From Octopus sinensis (Eukaryota): 64,000 nt of DNA. Below, in pieces: positions 1 through 13,239 of the stretch. The position numbers were made by a program, and so were the translations under genes. Location: the NCBI RefSeq assembly GCF_006345805.1, contig NC_042998.1, positions 190,092,001 to 190,156,000 of the forward strand. The letters run 5' to 3'. The notes below the pieces were generated by a model. That model was not told the origin of the DNA. It made no database searches and was given only the letters and a program-made list of their open reading frames with translations. The first letter of the stretch is position 1. Each line of letters begins with the position of its first letter.

Positions 1-671
1 TATTGATTAACTTGAAAATATTGAAGGGCAGAAATGTTTCTTAAGAACTATCTTCATTATCCGTAAAACAGTTTAATTATTATAAAATGAGTCATGTTGT
101 GAAAATTACGGATATCACCCTTTCTTCCTTGTTTATTCTGAAGTATGCGTTTATGATAGTAACTAGTTATTTCATTTTTCTCTGTCACTCTAGAAAATAG
201 GAGCAATGGCTATCTTACTTGAGTGGGAATTATATTTTATCTGGTTTCCCTGATATATAAAATCTTACGTTGTATAAAAACACATACGTGTACAAACAGG
301 AAAATTACCTAGTATGATGTATCAAAGTAGAAATACGAAAAAAAATGGATTTATTTGATAATGATTAGCTATATGCTAAATTCAAACAAACCCGCTTTCT
401 GCTGTGATCCTTGTTTATAATACCGGAGTCCAAATTGGCAACGATAATAGAGAGAAAGGTTTATAGAGTAATGAATATCCTTTGATGACTTGCAGGGATT
501 TTATTTGAAATTACTCAACTATAGCGTTCCCTAGAATGAAATTATGGATCTGGAAATTAATTACACATTGTAATCATTTCAACTTTTGATTATAATCATT
601 TACAATTAATTATGAAATCATTAAATATCATTAAAGGGGAAGGAAAGAATGATATATGCATATACATGCAA

Positions 672-744
<73 letters not shown>

Positions 745-779
745 TAATAATAATAATATAATAATAATAATAATGATAA

Positions 780-830
<51 letters not shown>

Positions 831-3199
831 GTGTGTGCTTGTGTGTGTGTGCAAGAGAGAGAGAGAGAGAGAGTCATAGGAATAAAATAGCAACTTCAGA
901 GAGAATATTTTAACAAGAACGAGAGAGGACACATTCACCTTCATATAATATAGAAAGAGATATTTTGAAGAAAATAAAATTATTAGATGGATATCTGAGA
1001 AATTTTTCAGATCAATTTTAGCAGGAAAATAAGAGAGAGGTATAATAAGATTACGTTAAGTAGAAAGTAGAAAACATTCCGATTAAACTGCCAAAGGATA
1101 TCATTCTAAAAAAATAATATTGACAACAGTTAACTGAGCAAACTAGCGAAAGGAACAGTTTAAGTCTATTTGCGAACTGACGAATCAACCATCTGCACTG
1201 GCCAGTGACCAGAGAGAGACAGAGACAGAGACAGAGAGAAAGTGAGTGAGAGAGGGGGAGGGAGAGACAGACAGACAGAGACAGAGAAAACTGTATTTGA
1301 TAAGGAGAACCCCGAAGATGTCTATCAAAAGAGACAGAGGAGCAAATAAGACAGAAATCTCTAAGAGGGTGAGAAAATGCAAACAACGAGGAGTGGAAAG
1401 TGATGTGAAAAGAGTGAGGAGAGGAATTGCCAAAAGAACTAAGGTAAATAGAATGAATGAAAACACAGACACACGCACATATGCAAGACACACGCATACA
1501 CAAACACAAACACACACACACACACACGGTGCCCCCCGCCCCCTCTCACTCTATCATAAGCATGCCAAGAACAAAATGAAATGGGAGAGGACTGTAAAAT
1601 AAATGGAAATTGACTCAGAGCAATAGAATTGGAAAAGTGATATTTGGGAGAGTATCTGCTGGATGCGTGCACCACGAACAGTTTTTAGGATTTATAAAAG
1701 ATACGAACATGACCTAATCAAAAACTATAGCTTTACAAGAACTTTGCACAACTGACACGTGCCGAGGTTTAGGTTACTGTAAAACATCAGCCAGGATTTC
1801 GATGTCGCAATAGAGAAGATAAACTGCTAAGTACTCATCTACCGCTACTGGAGGGATATATCTTTGCTTTTGCCGTCTTTGTCTCTGTATTCATTCACTG
1901 ACAGAATTCTTTTCATCTGTGAAAACTACAATGCCTTTATTTGTGAAGAAACACTCTAACCGCCGACCACTTCTAAAATATAAAAGACTAATAAACTCAG
2001 AATTCGTCTAAACCATTCAATATTAATAAGTGTTTGCATTTGATAACAATCAAATTAATATGTTAATACTACACACCACAACCAATAGTTTCTCTGCAGA
2101 TACTTATAAAAATGAAAGGACGTTAGTAAAACAAAACAGAAAAATATGTCATATAATGCAAAATCATGCAGCTGGTCCCTTTGAGCATTAGAAACAATGC
2201 ATTGATTAAATAATTAATTAATTAGAAGGATCAGGAAATGAGTTGTATCAGAAAAACTGGAACCGTTTTCAATATAGCGATCGAAACTGACTGAAAACTA
2301 ATAATGAAGGGCTGTTTTGAAAGATTAATTATAACGACCTCCAAACAAAGCTCTATCTTCAAAGACTCTTTATTGCAGTATTAAATAATAAAATAGAATG
2401 TAGACAAAGTTTCTTTATAATTACTTCAAACTTTCAAAGTGTATGAAGAGGTGATCTATACATGAATACTCTAAGTTCTTTATATTTCTTCTTATAATCA
2501 GAAAGCCATTTTGATGTTATGCTTCTGGTGGTTTTTTACACATTACAGTCACTTTCTTTAAAAATAATGGACGATGTGTAATGCATGTAAAATCCCTTCG
2601 CTGTAATAGGACAAACCAACAGTTAAAGGTTCTCCTTAGAAGAAATATAACGCGAATATGAATCATTGTGAATCCTGACAGACACGTTTGATTTCAAATT
2701 AACTGAAGTGCAGCCCTAATCGCCACCACCGCAGCCAAACTACAGTAATGTTATAGCAAATAAGTAGTTGAACTGTTAAGTAAAACTTATTAATGGAAAA
2801 CGAAACTATAATCAAAACATGGGATTATTTACTGTTTTCTAAAAATCCAGTGAAGTATAAATGAGCAACTAACCATTTCATAAATTACTTTTATTTGCCT
2901 AACAAAATATATTCTCAATTCATTGAAAGTAATGGTTTTACAAAAGACATTAATTTATAATTTTTTTTAATAAAAAGGTTTCGCATAAAGAATATTCAAT
3001 CCAATGAATAAACTTCCAAATCAAACTTCCAACATTTTAATGTAATTTCTTTATTAATTTAGTTCAGTTTTTGCAGTTCTATTTTTTTTTTTATGTGGAT
3101 GATTTACAAAATATGATAGGATATGTTGAATTTGTTTACCCGTTGAACATTTCGGGTTGGTCCCCGGATACAACATATATGTATGTATGTATGTATGTA

Positions 3200-3218
3200 T
3201 TTATTATTATTATTATTA

Positions 3219-3264
<46 letters not shown>

Positions 3265-3293
3265 CATCATTATTATTATCATCATCATCTTCA

Positions 3294-3372
<79 letters not shown>

Positions 3373-3375
3373 TAT
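3200..3375. repeat. (ATT)n/(ATC)n microsatellite
   Basis: Direct reading; source of the poly-I, poly-Y, poly-L and poly-N ORFs. Confidence 0.98.
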
Positions 3376-4044
3376 ATGTACATTTTTGTGTGTGTGTGTG
3401 CATGTGTGTGTATGTGTACATATATTATACATACATCCACGCACAAACACACACACACACACATACATATATAGGTTTCGTGTATGTAACCTATATTTAT
3501 ACGCGTACATATGTATGTATGCGTGTGTGCATATTATCTTAGCATATGATCAGAGAAAGAGTAAGTATATGATCACACAATACAATTACCTAAGTTATAC
3601 CGAGATAAAACAACAACAACAACAACAACAACAAAACGACTTAAGATCCAACCTCAAGTTATTGTATTTGTATTTGTGTCTTTCCAACAACTCGACTAGA
3701 AATTTTATCTATCTAATGGACTTCATGCGATGGAAATTTCTCGACATTGTTTTGCAAGAGAGATTTAATTAAAGCTTTCAATAGGTCACAATCGATACTG
3801 ACTTCCTCATCAACTATCGGATTAATTTTCGAGGCAGTTTGCCAGACTTAAATTTTCCATTCCTGTATTGCACTTTCGATGAAATGCCTCGCTGATATAT
3901 ATCGGTAGTGATCTCCATCTATTCTTACGGAGAATTTCACACATTTCTTTGTAATCTTATAGAATCTATACATCAGTTGCTGATTTAGAGAAGGAAAAAA
4001 AAATATCCGTATGTAAAATAATATTTAATATTCAAACAGATCCA

Positions 4045-4661
4045 GTAAATGTCTGTATATACCAAATACTAAATTATTATAGAAATTGTTAGAAAACGTA
4101 TAAAGGTACGGTAAATAACTGCACGTAATTTCATTATGATATGATATAGAAAATAACGGTTTTTCATAAGTATTGAAGGTTCGGTCGTTAAGGTGTCGGG
4201 CTCACGATCCTTAAGTCGTGGGTTCAATTCTCGAACCGGGTGGCGCGTTAGTAAATGTCTGTATATACCAAATATTGAATTATCATAGAAATGGTTAGAA
4301 AACGTATAAAGGTAGGGTAAATAACTCCACGTAATTTCATTATGATATGATATAGAAAATTGCGGTTTTTCATAAGTAATGAAGGTTTAGTGGTTAAGGT
4401 GTCGGGCTCATGATCCTTGCGTTGTGGGTTCGATTCTCGAACCGGGTGGCGCGTTAGTAAATGTCTGTATATACCAAATACTAAATTATTATAGAAATGG
4501 TTAGAAAACGTATAAAGGTAGGGTAAATAACTCCACGTAATTTCATTATGATATGATATAGAAAATAACGGTTTTTCATACGTATTGAAGGTTTAGTGGT
4601 TAAGGTGTCGGGCTCACGATCCTTATGATGTGGGTTCGATTCTCGGACCGGGTGGTGCGTT
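4045..4661 (+). repeat. Three tandem 206-bp units, each an AT-rich flank plus a tRNA-like SINE head
   Basis: Units start at 4045, 4251 and 4457 with gtaaatgtctgtatatacc. Each ends in A-box/B-box-like tagtggttaagg...ggttcgattc. Only the third continues into SINE body (to about 4770). Confidence 0.9.
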
Positions 4662-5839
4662 TTATCTTTAAACACGACATTAAACTCACGTCGTTCCATT
4701 TACTCGAACCGAAAATGAGTACCTGTTGTATCTGAACATTTACTCAGCGACGGGTTGGCGCTCAGTTTGGAAGGAGTGTAGTAATTCCAATCTAATCGCC
4801 TTGAAAATCCAGACATGCTCCGATCTCATGAACCACTACGCTCAAAGCAAATTTTCATAATATTTTGGTTACAGTAATATCATTCTTTCACATACATTAT
4901 ATTAAAAATCATTAGCATTTATAGAAACAATAAAACAAATAATTTATGTAAAGATGTCAGTGATAAAACAATTATTATAAGTCTTGTACAAGATTACATT
5001 ACATCTTTTAAGCATTTATAAGTACGTTCCTTCATCTGGATATAGATATAGAATAGTGAATATTTGATATTCATTCACACAAAACTTACTCAACATTTTG
5101 TGCAAAGGATGTCTGGAATAGTATATCATAATTATAGTAATCTTGGTTCAAGATACTTATTAATTCTTTGAAACAATATATATTATATATAAATGATACT
5201 GGTTTATCCGTTATTCAGCTCAGTCCAAAATTGCTGACATTATTAGAAACATCATTACATATATTTCATATGAGATGTTCAGAAAATAATAATAAAAATC
5301 TTGTATCATTATTTTCTGATATTTAACCTCGATTATTATTTTCAGATATTTAACCTCGAATTATTGAAATATTCTGAGCGTTATCTTTTCAGTCAAGCTT
5401 CAGTTGTCATAATATCAGTAAAAATCAACAGAGTTTGTTTCACGTATCAGTAGAACGTTTATTTCCTTTCCATTCGTCAATCACTCAACGTCACTTTTGT
5501 AAATGTTGGTTTCCCGTGCTGTTGACATTTCCTATGATAAATTGCTTAAAACCACTTCCTTCTTTCTTTCCTGCAGCATCATACATTTTCCCTTGTCTTC
5601 GACTTGACATGCTGGCATGTCATTTGTGTGTCCCATGTTTAATTAGTCTCCCTCTTCTAGTTTATCACTCTGCTTTTGCTTTGATCAAAGCTTTCTGTCT
5701 TCGTCACTGAGCAAGTGTCCAATAGAATTCTTTCTTACAGTAAGGAATAAGACATCCATCACTGATGAAAGAACCGAACGTATGTTGCACACGCACAAGA
5801 CACACACACACACACACACACACAAATCGACAAGCAAGC

Positions 5840-5896
<57 letters not shown>

Positions 5897-8516
5897 TGTT
5901 TCTTTATTAGCCACACAGGGCTGCACACAGATAGAACAAATTACAAGGTAGAGCTTTTCTTTTGAAGGTATTAAAAAAAAAAAAAAAAAAAAAGGAAGGG
6001 GGAGGTTCGATCAAAAGGGATCGTAAAAGGAGAGAAAGAGGACAAAAATAAGGGGGGTTAAAAAAAAAAAAAAAAAAAAAAGGGGGGGGGGAGAGGAAAA
6101 AAAAATGATCAATAGGGATCGTTATCACAGAAATGTCAATATGAAGTGTAAAGGGGAGGACAGGTGAGGTTTACCCGTGGAAAGAAAAGCCTGCGGAAAA
6201 GACCACGGTAACCTCGGTCAATGAAGTCACATTTTATATTTCTTTTTTTTTTTTTTTTTTTGCAAATAAGCAACTCTCTGTTTTCGATTTCTGGGTTCAT
6301 AGGACTATGCTCAAGGTGGCTTCGTCATTCATACGTGCCATTCTTGCTACATTCACCCATCTTTTTTTAAAACATTCGCTAGACAAAACTTGCCTCTCTA
6401 CTCTCACTTTCCTTTTCAAGTGGTACTTGAAGAAGTTGATGAGAGATTGACCAGAGAGGAAAGTGTTTGTCTCCAATCCTTTCAGACGCGTCCACCAGAT
6501 ACATTCTTTCGCCATAGCCACAAGGATGATGAAAATAGCTCTTCCTTCCCGTTTGAAGGAAGGAGGCGTGACAATATTGACGATAGACTCAGCTGATAAA
6601 CCGACTCGTCCCACACGTGACAGCAGTTGTTCGACATAAGCCCACAGGTCGGAAATTGTTGGAAACTGAACGAGTGCGTGCAGAACGGTTTCGTCGCTCT
6701 GACCGCATCTCGGGCAGGTCGGCCCCGTGTTTCTCGAGCCGTGTCTGTAGAGCTTATCCCGAACGGGTAGCGCTTCTCGGTAGCACTGCCAGGCCAGGGA
6801 TCTCTGGAAGTTGTCCATGGGCCCTGGCCCGAAAGTCGTCCCGAACAGGCGGGTCAGGTACTCCTCGTCGACGTCCAGGTTCGCCCCGAGCTCGTCGTCG
6901 TACCTCCCCTCCACTAAACCCCTATAGAATGCTTTGGTTGTGTTGAAGTCACTTAAGGTCGACCCAGGACGGCAGAGTTGCTTGAGAGCAACGCGACACT
7001 CGCGGTGCCATTCGCCCTTCCTCGGCCTCTTTTTGATCCACGACTGCAGTTCGGTCATGGAGACGAGCTGCGGGAAAGCGTGCCTCACAAACGGCGACCA
7101 CACCTGTTCACCGTCGTCTACATAGAGCCAGAGATGTCGCAGTCTCAGCGCGTGTCTGCGCATCATCAACCACGGCATGCCCAGCCCTCCTTTTAACGGG
7201 TGTTGACAGCAAATGGATCGCCTGACCATCGGGACGCATCCTTTCCACAAGAAGCGAAAGAGGATGCGTTGTAGTTTGGTGATGGTAGGGTCGGGACAAG
7301 GTACGACGGTCAGGCGGTAGTAGATGACGGACGCGATGTACGTGTTCGCCACCTCCGCTCGACCTTTTAGGGACAGTTTCCTCTCGGCCCATTGCCGGGC
7401 GAGAGTGACCACCCTACTCGTTATCTCGTTCCAGTTCTTCTCCACTTGGAGGTCCGGACCAAACCAGACCCCGAGCAACTCAACCGGGCCGTCGGTCCAG
7501 CGTCCCACGACGGAGGCGCTGGTGGACGGCATGGGCTTGCTTCTCCAGGTGCCTAGTCGCAAGCCCACTGACTTTTCCCGGTTGATTTTCGCTCCTGTCA
7601 CCGCTTCGTAGTTTTTCAGTGTCTCGCCGACCAGCTCGATGTGCTCGTGGCTAGACACTATGACGGTGACGTCGTCCGCGTATGCAGACACGCTCGTCCC
7701 GCATCCCAATTCTCGCGGGATGCCCCTTAGAGTCGCCAGCTTCCGCAGTAGTGGCTCAAGAGTCAATACGTATAGAAGCGCCGAGAGGGGGCATCCCTGA
7801 CGGACCGAACGTGCAATGTCGAAAGGTCTCGATAGATGTCCATTTACGCGAATTACCGAACGGATGCCTCTGTACAAGGCAGCTATCCAGCCGCGGAAGA
7901 CGGGACCGAAACCAGCCGCTCTCAGGACTGCCTCCAAGTATCGATGGTCTACCCTATCAAAGGCTTTTGATTGATCCAAGTTGATCAGGGCCCCACCCAT
8001 GCCAGGTTCGTTAACTACCCTGTCTATGATGTAGCGCATCAGATGGAGGTTGTCATGGATGGTCCGGCCTGGCACGGCGCATGTTTGCGCCTTGTCGACC
8101 AGTTTCTCGATGACAAGCGCCAACCTCTTGGCTAGCACCTTGGCCAAAATTTTCAAGTCTGCATTAAGCAGAGTGATGGGCCTAAAGTTATCTATTACAT
8201 TTCCCTTGTTTAGATCTTTCTTCAGCAGTGTTACGGCTCCTCGGCTCACAAAACCAGGAATGCTCCCGTTTTGCTGCCAGTTGCAGTACACCGCCGCCAA
8301 GAGATCTCCAAACAAGTCTGGCATACAATTGTAAAGCTCGTAGGGTAGACCATCCAAACCCGGTGATTTGTCCCTCGAGCATTCTGCCATCGCTTCCCGC
8401 ACTTCCGCCGCCGTGATGGCACCTTCGCAGCACCCTGCCTTTCTTGTCGAGAGTCGTGGTAGGCTATGTAGGTAGGCACTGAAGTCCACCCTACGTTCTT
8501 GCCCTCCACTCGTTCC
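5897..8516 (-). mobile_element. 5'-truncated Tx1/L1-clade non-LTR retrotransposon, copy 1, embedded in a (GATA)n tract
   Basis: Carries the RT ORF plus a ~400-bp 3' UTR ending AATAAAGAAACA. (GATA)n on both sides (5840-5896 and 8517-8540). A second copy at 51595-52581 aligns over its whole length. Confidence 0.93.
6297..8516 (-). CDS. ORF2 remnant (about 740 aa, open): reverse transcriptase plus C-terminal CCHC-type zinc knuckle; endonuclease domain lost by 5' truncation
   Basis: RT motifs KSPGLDGL, NFRPITLLNADLKILAKVLAKRL, LDQSKAFDRVDH, RQGCPLS, YADD, INREKS. C-terminal CPRCGQSDETVLHALVQF (last Cys is F here, C in copy 2). The first 13-14 residues of the track ORF (8517-8558) are flank and microsatellite read-through. 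Confidence 0.93.
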   Translation of the reverse strand, partial: GTSGGQERRVDFSAYLHSLPRLSTRKAGCCEGAITAAEVREAMAECSRDKSPGLDGLPYELYNCMPDLFGDLLAAVYCNWQQNGSIPGFVSRGAVTLLKKDLNKGNVIDNFRPITLLNADLKILAKVLAKRLALVIEKLVDKAQTCAVPGRTIHDNLHLMRYIIDRVVNEPGMGGALINLDQSKAFDRVDHRYLEAVLRAAGFGPVFRGWIAALYRGIRSVIRVNGHLSRPFDIARSVRQGCPLSALLYVLTLEPLLRKLATLRGIPRELGCGTSVSAYADDVTVIVSSHEHIELVGETLKNYEAVTGAKINREKSVGLRLGTWRSKPMPSTSASVVGRWTDGPVELLGVWFGPDLQVEKNWNEITSRVVTLARQWAERKLSLKGRAEVANTYIASVIYYRLTVVPCPDPTITKLQRILFRFLWKGCVPMVRRSICCQHPLKGGLGMPWLMMRRHALRLRHLWLYVDDGEQVWSPFVRHAFPQLVSMTELQSWIKKRPRKGEWHRECRVALKQLCRPGSTLSDFNTTKAFYRGLVEGRYDDELGANLDVDEEYLTRLFGTTFGPGPMDNFQRSLAWQCYREALPVRDKLYRHGSRNTGPTCPRCGQSDETVLHALVQFPTISDLWAYVEQLLSRVGRVGLSAESIVNIVTPPSFKREGRAIFIILVAMAKECIWWTRLKGLETNTFLSGQSLINFFKYHLKRKVRVERQVLSSECFKKRWVNVARMARMNDEATLSIVL

Positions 8517-8995
8517 TAGATAGATAGATAGATAGATAGACAGAATGGTGAGAAGCATCGAGAGAAGTGACTGAAGAATTTATGAATATATTCTGTCTGG
8601 GCCGTAAAACACTAACTGGTGGCTTTGATCTTTGATGCCGTCTTATACACACATATATTCATATATACATACATGAATATATGCATGCATATATGCATAC
8701 AAATTTACATTTATACCAGTAATATGTGGTGTACCTGGTTTTGAGAGTAAATGCCTAATTGATAGCCTGTATGAGTTTAGATTTTCAGGAAAAAAAAATC
8801 AACCGACTTGCACATAACACAAACAATATGTAAGTGGAACAGTAAAGATATGCAATATTTTTCTCGGGTTTAAAATGTAATGTCGCTTTCATTATCTACA
8901 TTACAACGATGAGACTTTGTATCTATTAGAAACCGGCTCCTTCCTCAGAAGAATATAAATAATGAAAAACAGAACAGAACACACACACACACACA

Positions 8996-9027
<32 letters not shown>

Positions 9028-9119
9028 ACACACACACACACACACAGTCACACACATACACATACACGCGCGGGCACACATATACAGACAGACAGACAGA
9101 TAGGCAGACAGACAAACAG

Positions 9120-9121
9120 AC

Positions 9122-9196
<75 letters not shown>

Positions 9197-9206
9197 CAGA
9201 TAGATG

Positions 9207-9257
<51 letters not shown>

Positions 9258-9295
9258 TGATGGATGGATGGATAAATAAATAAATAAATAAATAA

Positions 9296-9370
<75 letters not shown>
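9120..9370. repeat. (GATA)n tract without retroelement
   Basis: Long GATA run with GATG and AATA variants; no Tx1 sequence adjacent. Confidence 0.97.
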
Positions 9371-10264
9371 TTTCTAAAATATTAACGATATAATTTTTCA
9401 ATAAACTTACGCATCGAATCAAATATTAAATTGAACGGAAATATTTGAGACTGTGTATCTGAAGATTATAAACTGCAATAGTCAAAGATACTGATAGAAC
9501 TGCTTCAACCATTGCAAAAGCAATACCCCATAAGAACTAGTTACAATGGGAGTGGACATAAGATCTTTAACCATGACAAGGAGAAGCAAAAATCATTGAA
9601 AGCCTCAGGGAAAGCCAATGGGTCAATTTGTGTAATGGAAACGGACAGCACAGCATAACCATAAGTAAACAATAAATATATATATGATAATAAATGAAAG
9701 ATAAAAAGAAATAAAGCAAATAATGCGTTTAGGAACAATAAGATATAGCATAGAAATCATTGGGAAGCCAATAAAAGCGAACATTTAGATAAAGCAAATA
9801 TCTAGAAAATTCAGGGATTCATTTTAGAGATTCAGCAACGCAAATGATGTTAAACGTTTATATTCACCCAAAGAAGCCTTTCAAAATAAATAAATAAAAA
9901 TACAAAAGTGAAAGATAGCAAGGGAAATAATATGCTTGGTTGGGATAAAGACAGAACTCTATTAAGACAGCAGTTTAAGCAACAACAAAAGCTACGTGAA
10001 AATGAGCAGAAAAACACGTTCATAAAAGAAAACAGTGAAACCCGATGAGGTTTTTAAATTTGTCTATGATCAGATATATAACTACGAACTAAAATATGTA
10101 GTTTATATAAAACACTAAGGAAAAGCAAAAAGAAATTCAATAGGTTTTTGCACATTTTTCTCCCTGTATCAACTGGTTTTCACATTATAAAGATCCTCTT
10201 TTTGTTCAGTATCACTGACTATTTTCAACCAACAAGAGACTTTTACTCTCTTTTTTTCTCTTTC

Positions 10265-10308
<44 letters not shown>

Positions 10309-10639
10309 TCACTAACTCACTCAGTGGTCGCTCGATCTATTAGAAATATCAACCAAAATTCAACCAAAATCACATTCTGCCGACATAACTAGGAAAGATA
10401 CTTTGTATAATGTATTCCCAGGTACACTATGCTGAAGATAAAAGGATGATCGCTGTTGCAATGTCTTTGATTATAGGTTTTCTCAACAAGAGAAATTATA
10501 TAAAAAGCAGTGACTAACGAAATAACCTCAATACATTTGTTCGACTTACAGAAATAGTAGGGCAGCGTACTTCAAATCACATCTTCCCGTCTAAAAAATT
10601 GAAGGACACATTGGTTAATGCTATACGATGAGATAAGTC

Positions 10640-10966
10640 TGGAAGCACTCCGTCGGTTCCGACGACGAGGGTTCCGGTTGATCCGATCAACGGAACAGCC
10701 TGCTCGTGAAATTAACGTGTAAGTGGCTGAGCACTCCACAGACACGTGTACCCTTAACGTAGTTCTCGGGGATATTCAGCGTGACACAGAGAGTGACAAG
10801 GCCGGCCCTTTGAAATACAGGTACAAAGGAAACAGGAAGTAAGAGTGAGAGAAAGTTGTGGTGAAAGAGTACAGCAGGAATCACCACCACCATCCCTGCC
10901 GGAGCCTCGTGGAGCCTTAGGTGTTTTCGCTCAATAAATACTCACAACGCTCGGTCTGGCAATCGA
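10640..10966 (-). mobile_element. tRNA-derived SINE, family C with tail A, head truncated
   Basis: Reverse complement of most of the 53424-53806 copy. Confidence 0.85.
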
Positions 10967-11063
10967 TAATGTTTGAATAAAATATGGGAAAGGCGCATTT
11001 TTAAGCCTTTGATCACAGATCTCCTAAATGAAAGTTGACTATTTATATTCCTATAGGAATCTA

Positions 11064-11441
11064 CACTACCGTCAGAAATTAATTAGCACCCTTGATTTGC
11101 TCTTCACTCAAGGTATGTGCTGTCACCTAGTGGCCATATCTCGAACTATTGCTTTGTTGCGAGTTCACTGTTGCGCAGAACGATGACGTAACTTTGTTTG
11201 CAGAGCAGTTTGAGAGTCTACAGCCTTATGATGTTGACATAGCAGTGCAACAGCAACTTGGAGTGCGGATGCAGACAAATTCCTTTGTTTAATAGATATA
11301 GGTAGCGCCTCGCAAGGACCGAAATCACACCATACTAAGTTTTCTCATCGCGTAAGACGTTTTGAACAGCTCATAGGTTAATTGATTTAACCTATTTAAT
11401 GTAGAAATTTGAGAAGTGCTAATTAATTTCTGACGCAAGTG
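11064..11441. mobile_element. Tc1/mariner-type MITE
   Basis: Terminal inverted repeats cactaccgtcagaaattaattagcac / gtgctaattaatttctgacgcaagtg, flanked by TA on both sides. Confidence 0.8.
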
Positions 11442-11569
11442 TAAGTAAAATTAACCATTCTTTTAGTTATTATTCTTTACCTGCTACAAATGCCTTGAGC
11501 AATGGTTCTCTGTCGTTTTGACTGCTTCATGAATTGCCGATGAAGTATAGATACAGGCGCTCTTCGCAT

Positions 11570-11787
11570 TCTTTTACTCTTTTATTTGTTTCAATCATTT
11601 GACTGTGGCCATGCTGGAGCACCGCCTTTAGTCGAGCAAATCGACCCCAGGACTTATTCTTTGTAAGCCTAGTACTTATTTTATCGGTCTCTTTTGCCGA
11701 ACCGCTAAGTTACGGGGACGTAAACACACCAGCGTCGGTTGTCAAGCGATGTTGGGGGCACAAACACAGACACACAAACATATACAT

Positions 11788-11826
<39 letters not shown>

Positions 11827-11978
11827 CATATATACGACGGGCTTCTTTCAGTTTCCGTCTACCAAATCCACTCACAAGGCTTTTGAAGACACTTGCCCAA
11901 GGTGTCACGCAGTGAGACTGAACCCGGAACCATGTGGTTCGTAAGCAAGCTACTTACCACACAGCCACTCCTACGCCT
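11570..11978 (-). mobile_element. Bipartite tRNA-derived SINE (family A) with internal (TA)/(CA) microsatellite
   Basis: Reverse complement of the 19884-20335 copy; head ggcgtaggagtggctgtgtggtaag. Confidence 0.88.
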
Positions 11979-12084
11979 ATTCCCCTACAAGGGATTTTTT
12001 TTAAAAAACTGTTTCAAAGTAACAAATTTAGAAAATATATAGAAAACTTATTTGCACACTTGGGTTTTATTCATCATATTTATC

Positions 12085-12528
12085 CTTTTATTCTTTTATC
12101 CTTTTACTTGTCTCAGTAATTTGACTGCGGCCATGCTGGAGCACCATCTTGAATGGTTTTAGTCGAACAAATCGACCCCAGAACTTTTTTAAGCTTTATA
12201 TTTATTCTATCGGTCTCTTTTGCCGAACTCCAAGATTACAGGAACGTAAACACACTAACACCGGCTGTCAAGCGGTGATGGGGGAACAAACACAGACACA
12301 AAGATATATACATGTGTGTGTGTGTATGCGTGTGTGTGTGTGTGTGTATGTGTGTGTGTGTGTGTACAACGGGCCCCTTTTCAGTTTCCGTCTACGAAAT
12401 CCACTCACAAGGCATTGGTCGGCCCGAGGCTATAGTAGAAAACACTTGGCCAAGGTGCCGTGTAGCGGGACTGAACCCGGAACCATGTGGTTGGGAAGCA
12501 AGCTTCTTACAACACAGCCACACCTGTG
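12085..12528 (-). mobile_element. SINE family A, second head-to-tail copy
   Basis: Same two modules and internal microsatellite as 11570-11978. Confidence 0.85.
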
Positions 12529-12870
12529 TAACAAAATTATAAATAGCGTATTTTCGTTGTATTTTTATATTTTTCGAAATGTTCGAGCAGCCTTAATTAT
12601 GTTTAAACATCTGTGGTGCACATAGAACATCTTGCAGTATATTGCGTGATAGCCTTAATACATCTAAAAGAAGATCTCTACGTGATCGTTCGACTTGATT
12701 TGCTTGACCTACTAGAATAAAGGGACAAAGTAGTCCGTCATAACTGGAAATCTTTCGATCAGAGTTTTGCTTAGTTAAAGCTGATCTGGAACCCAAAAGG
12801 ACATGTAATTTATATAACCACATAATTCACCGACTAGCTCAACATAATCATTTTGTAGGGACATTCAGTG

Positions 12871-12925
<55 letters not shown>

Positions 12926-13011
12926 TAAGCAATAAGGGTTTAGCAACGAGTTGCCTTACCACATACCGAATTTAGAAATAGCAGTCAAAGGGTTATAGCT
13001 ATTTCTTCTAC

Positions 13012-13043
<32 letters not shown>

Positions 13044-13204
13044 CATACTACATACATACATGCATACATACATACATATATATATATATACATACATACA
13101 TACATACATACATACATACTACATACATACATACATACATACATACATACATACATACATACATGCATACATACATACATATATATATATATATACTACA
13201 TACA

Positions 13205-13239
<35 letters not shown>

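Noticed and set aside
596-944. Poly-IY, poly-I, poly-HT, poly-LSIY and similar ORFs here and throughout the track
   Set aside because: They are translations of (TA)n, (ATT)n, (CA)n and (GATA)n microsatellites, which lack stops in some frames.
4180-4660. tRNA genes or a CRISPR-like array in the 206-bp repeats (also the 184-bp repeats at 31015)
   Set aside because: The tRNA-like parts are SINE heads without a convincing cloverleaf. Units are full tandem copies with no unique spacers and there are no cas genes.
5761-5790. CTGATGA followed by GAAC as a hammerhead; similar case at about 19780
   Set aside because: No helix II at 5761; no GAAA after the stem at 19780.
8517-8558. N-terminus [14 protein letters not shown] of the 753-aa ORF
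   Set aside because: Read-through of flank and (TATC)n into the truncated element; not a real start.
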